A stretch of 64,000 nt of DNA from a virus. How positions within the stretch are numbered: position 1 is the stretch's first letter; every line of letters begins with the position of its first letter. Under the pieces are notes generated by a model. It worked only from the letters and a program-made list of their open reading frames with translations, made no database searches and had not been told where the DNA came from. Of the stretch, positions 58,401 through 64,000 are shown piece after piece. The stretch covers positions 25,503 to 89,502 of the IMG/VR virus record IMGVR_UViG_3300027749_000073, one strand, 5' to 3'. Both the position numbers and the translations under genes were made by a program.

Positions 58401-58747
58401 CAAGAGCAACAACGGCATTGGATCGTATCAACGTAGCACGTTTAGTTTGTTACCTTCGTAGACAGTTTGCGCAATTATCTAAACCATATTTGTTTGAACC
58501 AAACGACAAAGTTACACGTGATCAAATTAAATCAGCAGCAGAAAATTTATTACTTGAATTAGTAGGACAGCGTGCATTGTACGACTACTTAGTAGTATGT
58601 GATGAATCAAATAATACTCCTGCAAGAATTGATCGTAGTGAGCTTTACTTAGATGTTGCAGTTGAACCAGTAAAAGCAGTAGAATTTATTTACATTCCAT
58701 TGCGTATTAAAAACACTGGTGAAATTAAAGCACTAGGCAACGCATAA
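55427..58747 (+). CDS. gp18: Contractile tail sheath protein with large insertions
   Basis: SPGVSVSVIDES, PWFAPAG..RG, DRINVARL, FEPND, VCDESNNTP, PVKAVEFIYI. Confidence 0.95.
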   Translation: MAQLSSPGVSVSVIDESAYTSAAPGTVPLIFVTSEEGKQNASGTGTAPGTLKTNAGKVYLLTSQKELADTFGTPIFKTDANNNAVHAGEQNEFGLQAAYSFLGVSNRAYVARADIDLSQLDANATAPLGEPANNTFWLNTLDTKWGVFEWDSRSADLGGQTYTVKKPIVITSTVIAPDGTPVNTYGLNDTYAIVAVSTVIALWYKDNGSWVKVGTSAWRNANPTVIATANTFSATATSNDITINGIAIDNNADLAALVSGINASSALIALGITAGTQSGKLVLYSTGVAITLSGALVDGLGLSSTTYPAPALWIGPHTSIPPFKANDENRPSGSVWVKTTTPNNGADWVTKVYSTDTGSWVSKYPRLFPSHEAALAGLDPVSGGLSLAGNTMYIKYNVAEGVTNGKPDAANFTVYRRRSAVSTSIVSFTVVAETGTGNGHLSAGAYAFTLQESVPGSDTLTTAVTVSFTVTSGQPAASIASAIVTAISTQLSSYRSNVAVSLVTGTTKISIEHRTGGEIKLNETVGTPIVKLFKSATGPFVTNLYRHPDGITTHFIASTWTSLLDDNTGGFISAQDTAVTGPTVDGRLWYSSVVDEIDLLIHNGTKWVGYLHPTSPTYAAGALQTDPAGIIVGATTPTTQTDGTPLANGDIWLDSSDLENYPMLYSWAGFTRKWLLIDKSDQTTDTGILFADARWATTGQSETPSAITDLLVSDFVEFDAPDPALYPKGMLLWNLRRSGFNVKRFVRNYVNLLERNVRYSNESQGTNGNEYYPHKWVSESANQENGAGTFGRHAQRKVVVQKLQALVNANQSVRDEESKLFNLIATPGYPELIGEMINLNYDRGLTAFVVGDTPARLTPDATTLSSWGNNDAGALEDNDHGLVSSDEYLAVFYPWGYTSDNIGNNIAVPPSHMMLRTIALNDQIAYPWFAPAGTSRGGITNATSVGYITAEGEFQSVALNVGQRDTLASIKVNSITFIAGSGLVNFAQYTRARATTALDRINVARLVCYLRRQFAQLSKPYLFEPNDKVTRDQIKSAAENLLLELVGQRALYDYLVVCDESNNTPARIDRSELYLDVAVEPVKAVEFIYIPLRIKNTGEIKALGNA

Positions 58748-58762
58748 TAGGAGCATAATAAA

Positions 58763-59398
58763 ATGTCAATTGCAACATTATCAAGATTTACAGTACCACT
58801 AGCAACTGATTCAAGTGCTAGTGCGCAAGGCTTATTAATGCCTAAACTGAAATATCGATTCAGAGTAACATTTAATAGTTTTGGTGTTTCTGCTGCAACT
58901 ACTGAGCTTACTAAGCAAATAGCTGAAGCAGGACGTCCCGAAATATCCTTTGAAAAGAAAACAATCGATGTTTATAACAGTAAAATTCAATATGCTGGCA
59001 AATGGACCTGGAGCGCAATCAGTATTAAAATACGTGACGACGTTACTGGTGCAGTTAGCAAAATTGTTGGCGAACAAAACCAAAAGCAAATGGACTTTTT
59101 TGAACAAAGTTCTGCTGCTGCTGCAGGTGACTACAAGTTTACAATGGTAGTTGAAATGTTAGACGGCGGCAACGGCGCTAACAAACCGGTGGTGTTAGAA
59201 ACTTGGGAATGTTATGGTTGTTTCATTGAAAAAACAACTTATGACACTCTTGCATATAACTCAGCTGACCCTGTTCAGATTACATTGTCAATTCAACCTG
59301 ATAATTGTGTTCAAACTGGCGCAACTGCAGGATTTGGTGTTCCTGGATCACCAAGAACCGCTGGTACAAGCATGACAGTGGGCAGTAAAAAAGCTTAA
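58763..59398 (+). CDS. gp19: Tail tube protein
   Basis: KYRFRV, YAGKWTW, WECYGCF; follows the sheath gene. Confidence 0.85.
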   Translation: MSIATLSRFTVPLATDSSASAQGLLMPKLKYRFRVTFNSFGVSAATTELTKQIAEAGRPEISFEKKTIDVYNSKIQYAGKWTWSAISIKIRDDVTGAVSKIVGEQNQKQMDFFEQSSAAAAGDYKFTMVVEMLDGGNGANKPVVLETWECYGCFIEKTTYDTLAYNSADPVQITLSIQPDNCVQTGATAGFGVPGSPRTAGTSMTVGSKKA

Positions 59399-59415
59399 CT
59401 GAAATTGCTATTAAG

Positions 59416-59441
59416 AAAGCTCGCTATATGCGGGCTTTTTT
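59416..59441 (+). terminator. Rho-independent terminator
   Basis: AAAGCTCGC-TATAT-GCGGGCTTT then T run. Confidence 0.85.
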
Positions 59442-59489
59442 ATTGACTAGACATAATATGCGCAGTTAACTTATTGCATAAATAATTGT

Positions 59490-60440
59490 ATGTCATTTAC
59501 ACCTACGAACCAATTATATTCAGATCCAAATATATTTTTGCGTAACCAGCAGCACGCCTCGCGATTATTTGTCGACGATCAATTTAGATTACTACCAAAA
59601 AATAAATTCTTATTTCATGTTGCTTTTAATATCAATCCAAAAGCAGTATATAATACAGAACTGTTAGCTCGTCATAAAAACGAAATTAATATGCTAGTTA
59701 AATCTATCGATTTACCTAAGTTTACAGTTCATAATGTAACGCTTCATCAGTATAATAGAAAAAAAGTCGTTCAGTATCAGCACAAATTTGAACCGCTAAC
59801 GGTAAAATTTAACGATGACAACATGGGCGTAATGAACCTGTTATGGCAAAATTATTATCGATATTACTACTACGATCAAGGTGCCGCAGAAAAAGGTACT
59901 GCATTTAAACGAAACGCAATACAATCGTCATCGGCAATTAGAAGTAACTACGGTTATACTGCGCCACTTGAGCCATTTTTTAATTACATCACAATTTACC
60001 AAATGGCAAGACATGACTTTGTAAGTTATCGATTAATAAATCCAGTGTTCAGCGAATGGAACCATAATAGTTTAGATTATGCAGTGTCTGACCCATGCGA
60101 GTTTGATGCAAAAATTGCCTACGAATCTGTATATTATGATAGGGGTACAGTAAGCTCTGACACTGTTGACGGATTTGGATTAGAACATTATGATTTAACA
60201 CCGTCACCGTTGAGTGGTACGCCTAACACTACAGCAACTCCGATTATTACCGGTACTGATTCTACAAATCCATCGGCAGCTACACAAGTAAACAACTATC
60301 AAAATATGGCTACAAAATCAAACTTATCAACATTAACATCTAACACGCAGCAAACAACCAGCGGCTTAAATGGTATTACGTTTCCTGGGAGTACTACTAA
60401 CACTAGTACAGTTGCATCGTTAGTTAATTTAGGAGTATAA
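59490..60440 (+). CDS. Tail-tube-like baseplate/tube initiator (gp54/gp48-like)
   Basis: VKSIDLPK...QYNRK...LTVKFNDD...YRLINP...LDY tube-fold pattern. Confidence 0.6.
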   Translation: MSFTPTNQLYSDPNIFLRNQQHASRLFVDDQFRLLPKNKFLFHVAFNINPKAVYNTELLARHKNEINMLVKSIDLPKFTVHNVTLHQYNRKKVVQYQHKFEPLTVKFNDDNMGVMNLLWQNYYRYYYYDQGAAEKGTAFKRNAIQSSSAIRSNYGYTAPLEPFFNYITIYQMARHDFVSYRLINPVFSEWNHNSLDYAVSDPCEFDAKIAYESVYYDRGTVSSDTVDGFGLEHYDLTPSPLSGTPNTTATPIITGTDSTNPSAATQVNNYQNMATKSNLSTLTSNTQQTTSGLNGITFPGSTTNTSTVASLVNLGV

Positions 60441-60443
60441 CAT

Positions 60444-60815
60444 ATGGCAGGAAATTTACCTCGTGCTTTAACATCGATAGATAGTTCAACTGAAGTAAGA
60501 CAGTTTTTTGATAAATTTTACACTAACAAAGTAAGTTTTCCGGCTGCTGAAATCGATGCAACAGTTGGTTTCTTTTTAAAACGAGAATTTGATCTTGAAA
60601 GCGCCCGAGCTACTGCAATAGTGTTGCTTAATCAAGCAAAGTTAGATAATGTAAATGTTTTTGAATTACTAGATACATTGAAAACATTGCCCGATGTCCA
60701 GTTAAGTCAACTAGTTGCACAAGTTTTAAATTCTTACCGAGAAAAAACAAGTTTTCTTGGCTATCGAGTTGCCGCCATTAGCGACGACTATGAAACACGG
60801 AATATACTAGTATAA
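60444..60815 (+). CDS. Hypothetical protein
   Basis: ORF with SD AGGAG. Confidence 0.55.
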   Translation: MAGNLPRALTSIDSSTEVRQFFDKFYTNKVSFPAAEIDATVGFFLKREFDLESARATAIVLLNQAKLDNVNVFELLDTLKTLPDVQLSQLVAQVLNSYREKTSFLGYRVAAISDDYETRNILV

Positions 60816-61249
60816 TGGCAAAATTTGCACGCGGCAAGTTTGCAATGAAAAACCCAGGAAAATATGTTGGTACCAAGGTTCCGACATATAGAAGTTCTTG
60901 GGAATTTAGTTTTATGCAAATGTGCGATACTAACCCTGCAATACAAAAATGGGCAAGCGAAGCAATTCAAATTCCATATCGTGATCCGTTAACAGGTAAA
61001 AACAGTGTTTACATTCCGGACTTTTTTATTCAATACCTTGATGCAAATAATAAACTAAATGTTGAACTAATCGAAATAAAACCTGCAAGCCAGCAACTAA
61101 TAGAACGTGTTGGTAAGAACAAATATAATCAAGCACAGTTTGTTAAAAATCAAGCAAAGTGGGCAGCAGCGACTATTTGGTGCAAACAACAGCATATAAA
61201 ATTTAGAATTCTAAACGAAAATGATATGTTCCATAACGGGCGAAGATAA
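60815..61249 (+). CDS. gp4: Head completion nuclease (gp4, TnsA-like PD-(D/E)xK)
   Basis: NPGKYVG, YRSSWE, WASE..IPY, YIPDF, IEIKP, NQAKWAAA. Confidence 0.9.
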   Translation: MAKFARGKFAMKNPGKYVGTKVPTYRSSWEFSFMQMCDTNPAIQKWASEAIQIPYRDPLTGKNSVYIPDFFIQYLDANNKLNVELIEIKPASQQLIERVGKNKYNQAQFVKNQAKWAAATIWCKQQHIKFRILNENDMFHNGRR

Positions 61250-61257
61250 GTACGTGT

Positions 61258-61740
61258 ATGACAAAAAAATTAGAAGAATTATTAAACTTACCAGCAAGTA
61301 AAGAAATTGTCCAGGAAACAGAAAAGAAAAAACCTGTTAAAACTGATCCAGGACCGTTATTTAGAGATATGTCAGAGTTTGATAAAATATCAGCAGCGTT
61401 ACCTCAGGTAAAAGGCCTAGGCGATATTAGCGATTCTGAATTCGATGCGCTTGCACAGCGTGCGACTGATGCATACGACGACCTAATGGATTTAGGAATG
61501 AACGTAGAAGCAAGATATAGTGGGCGAGTGTTTGAAGTAGCAGCTAGTATGCTTAAGAATGCAATCGATGCAAAGTCTGCAAAAATTGACAAAAAATTAA
61601 AAATGATTGAGCTGCAACTTAAAAAACAAAAGTTAGATAGTGATGTTCATTCTGATGATCCTGGAATTAAAATTGCAGGAGAGGGTGTAATCATAACAGA
61701 TCGCAATAGCTTGATTGAAAAATTAAAGAACATGAAATAA
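61258..61740 (+). CDS. Hypothetical helical protein (possible terminase small subunit)
   Basis: Coiled coil, YDDLMDLG...RVFEVAASML; near gp17. Function is inferred only. Confidence 0.4.
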   Translation: MTKKLEELLNLPASKEIVQETEKKKPVKTDPGPLFRDMSEFDKISAALPQVKGLGDISDSEFDALAQRATDAYDDLMDLGMNVEARYSGRVFEVAASMLKNAIDAKSAKIDKKLKMIELQLKKQKLDSDVHSDDPGIKIAGEGVIITDRNSLIEKLKNMK

Positions 61741-61761
61741 ATACATTATTGGGATTGAATT

Positions 61762-62370
61762 ATGAAATCATTTAAAGAATACTTAACCGAAAGTAAACAA
61801 GTTTACGAATTTAAAATTAAACTTGCAGGCGACCACGAGGACGCCGCTGAAAAAATTAAAGCAGCATTGGCAAAGTTTAATGTAGAATCTCTTTCTGCAG
61901 CAAAACGTACACCGATTCAAGAAACACAAGCAGATTTTCCAAACCATCAAAATATTAACGTTACTATATTCGATGCAACATTAGGTTATCCTGCTACTAA
62001 CTTAGAAATTGAAAGTTTGGTTGCAGAAGCATTGTCGTTAACTCCGTGTTGCGTGCGTATACGCAATTCTAAAGATGAAGAAGAATATGAAATTAATCAC
62101 GAACACGACGAAGTGACATTAGAACCAAAGTTGATCAGAGATTACGATAAAGAAAATAATCAAGATGTAGTCGGTGAAAAACACGTAATGAGTTTACTAA
62201 AAGATTTAAGTAAAACTAAAACTCAAGGTCTGCCGTACAAAGGTATTAACGAAAAAATTTTAGCAAAGAAAGCACCAAGTGAAAAAGTTGCTTCGGCTAA
62301 AGTCGATAAAAAAATAGGAACGACTAGTGTTATTGGTTCAAAAACTATTGAAAAACCTACAGCACGTTAA
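61762..62370 (+). CDS. Probable internal head/prohead core protein
   Basis: N-terminus MKSFKEYLTE resembles T4 capsid-targeting sequences; late box at 61738. Confidence 0.5.
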   Translation: MKSFKEYLTESKQVYEFKIKLAGDHEDAAEKIKAALAKFNVESLSAAKRTPIQETQADFPNHQNINVTIFDATLGYPATNLEIESLVAEALSLTPCCVRIRNSKDEEEYEINHEHDEVTLEPKLIRDYDKENNQDVVGEKHVMSLLKDLSKTKTQGLPYKGINEKILAKKAPSEKVASAKVDKKIGTTSVIGSKTIEKPTAR

Positions 62371-62381
62371 GGAAGATAATT

Positions 62382-62900
62382 ATGAACTTTAAAGAACTAG
62401 CATTAAAATTACAAAGAATTAACGAAGGATCGATTCCGGAGTGCGGTGAAGATATGTCAAGTATGTTACCAGGTATCATGCACAAAGACGAACCGCAAAA
62501 ACAAGCTGATAATGTTAACATGACTATTAACATTTCTGGACAAGGTGCCGGTGGTCTTCGTGATTTAATGGACATCCTAAGAGATATCGAAGATGGCGGA
62601 TCAGATGCAGATGATCAAATGATGGTCGGTGGTAGTATTGACCAACTATTTGGCAAATCAGAAGAAGAACCTGAACACGAATTAATCGGCGACGGGTTCG
62701 AAAATGCACCGATAGGTGCAGATGGTCCGCACACTTTTCCGCAAGATACATTAATGAAAATTGGTTCAAATGACGGTCGTGGCGACAACGAAGCACCAAA
62801 AGTTAACGGTGGTGGTCAGCCACACAATATAAGCGAAAACTTAATTAAAGAATTGCATGCTCATTATGCCGATGTTAAAAATCGAGCATTAACAAAATAG
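62382..62900 (+). CDS. Acidic low-complexity protein (possible prohead core)
   Basis: ORF with SD; acidic, probably disordered. Confidence 0.45.
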   Translation: MNFKELALKLQRINEGSIPECGEDMSSMLPGIMHKDEPQKQADNVNMTINISGQGAGGLRDLMDILRDIEDGGSDADDQMMVGGSIDQLFGKSEEEPEHELIGDGFENAPIGADGPHTFPQDTLMKIGSNDGRGDNEAPKVNGGGQPHNISENLIKELHAHYADVKNRALTK

Positions 62901-62905
62901 CAACC

Positions 62906-62933
62906 AAATAGCTCCGTAAGGGGCTATTTTTTT
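62906..62933 (+). terminator. Rho-independent terminator
   Basis: AAATAGCTCC-GTAA-GGGGCTATTT then T run. Confidence 0.85.
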
Positions 62934-62947
62934 GGGTAAATATAGTT

Positions 62948-64000
62948 ATGGCAAAATCACTAGACGGAGTCTTAACTAAGAAGGCTCACAAAACAGAACA
63001 ATTTACAGAGCATCATGTTGCAGAAATGCTAGCGTGTGCTGATCCAGATAATGGTTACTTACACTTTTCAAGAAATTATTATCACATCCAGCATCCTGTT
63101 AAAGGTAAACTATTATTTAAACCCTTTGATTTTCAAATTAACTTATTAAGCAGTTATCATAATCATCGATTTAATATTAACATGCTACCGCGGCAGTGCG
63201 GCAAGACTACATGCGCAAGTGCTTACATACTATGGTTTGCAATGTTTCATCCTGATCAAACTATCCTAGTTGCAGCGCATAAATTTACAGGTGCGCAAGA
63301 GATTATGCAGCGTATACGATACGGATATGAATTATGTCCGGACTTTTTACGTGCAGGTGTGGTGAGTTACAATAAAGGATCAATGGAATTTGACAACGGG
63401 TCTCGTATTGTAAGTCAAACTACTACAGGCACGACTGGTAGGGGTATGGCTATTTCATTATTATACTGCGACGAGTTTGCATTCGTTCAACCAAACATTG
63501 CTGAAGAATTTTGGACATCTATTTCTCCTACACTGGCAACAGGTGGACGTGCTATTATTACTAGCACACCAAACAGCGACGAAGATCAGTTTGCACTTAT
63601 TTGGAAAGAATCAAAAGACTTGTTTGACGAATTTGGCAACGAAAACCCTAACGGTGTAGGCCGTAACGGCTTCTTTGGCTTTAAAGCCGACTGGTGGGAA
63701 CATCCAGATCGTGACGAGCAATGGAAAAAAGAAGAGCTCGGTCGTATAGGCGAAGAACGTTTTAGACGTGAATACAACTGCGAATTCTTAGTCTATGACG
63801 AAACATTAATCAACAGTATTAAACTTTCAGAACTCATAGGACGCGAACCGTTGATAAAAATGGGTCAAGTCCGCTGGTATAAAAAACCAATTCCTGGGAA
63901 CGTATATATGGTTGCACTCGATCCTAGTCTAGGAACAGGTGGCGACTATGCAGGTATACAAGTATTCGAACTTCCTAGCTTTACACAAGTTGCAGAATGG
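62948..64000 (+). CDS. gp17: Terminase large subunit, 3'-truncated (not in ORF track)
   Basis: Manual translation from ATG 62948: MAKSLDG...PFDFQ...LPRQCGKTT (Walker A)...NGSRI...LLYCDEFAF (Walker B)...ITSTPN...FRREY...VALDPS.G.GGDY. Confidence 0.95.
   Translation, partial: MAKSLDGVLTKKAHKTEQFTEHHVAEMLACADPDNGYLHFSRNYYHIQHPVKGKLLFKPFDFQINLLSSYHNHRFNINMLPRQCGKTTCASAYILWFAMFHPDQTILVAAHKFTGAQEIMQRIRYGYELCPDFLRAGVVSYNKGSMEFDNGSRIVSQTTTGTTGRGMAISLLYCDEFAFVQPNIAEEFWTSISPTLATGGRAIITSTPNSDEDQFALIWKESKDLFDEFGNENPNGVGRNGFFGFKADWWEHPDRDEQWKKEELGRIGEERFRREYNCEFLVYDETLINSIKLSELIGREPLIKMGQVRWYKKPIPGNVYMVALDPSLGTGGDYAGIQVFELPSFTQVAEW

Noticed and set aside
500-63777. Many short antisense or out-of-frame ORFs (e.g. 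9437-10039, 43482-44150, 63477-63659)
   Set aside because: Shadows of long genes with biased codons; no SD or motifs. The last ones lie inside the terminase gene.
1-64000. tRNA, rRNA, integrase, intron or intein
   Set aside because: None recognisable; intergenic spaces are short, and gp23, gp18 and the visible part of gp17 read through without self-splicing element signatures.

Overview
AT-rich segment of a large T4-like myovirus genome, standard genetic code, covering the morphogenesis region. Order: scaffold (5'-truncated) and gp23 major capsid; about 28 kb of very long, paired paralogous fibre/spike genes with small adaptor genes, ending in two Cys/Gly-rich fibre-tip genes; a ~12 kb island of modification enzymes (several sulfotransferase-like P-loop proteins, APS kinase, three 2OG-Fe(II) oxygenases, GT9-like glycosyltransferase, carbamoyltransferase, methyltransferase, ferritin-like di-iron protein, glutamine amidotransferase, degenerate GmhB); more virion genes; Nudix, gp15, gp14, gp13, dNMP kinase, gp18, gp19, gp4; and a 3'-truncated gp17 terminase that the ORF track omits. 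Regulation is visible as T4-type late TAAATA boxes (several placed for leaderless mRNA), two near-perfect sigma70 promoters and intrinsic terminators. Best candidate for a new system: Cys-rich virion proteins next to a phage-encoded sulfation/glycosylation/carbamoylation cluster. Also found: an internally deleted homing-endonuclease gene, two structured 5' leaders, a recently amplified 7-repeat propeller and a gene-conversion tract. All calls come from motif recognition by eye; no database searches were run.
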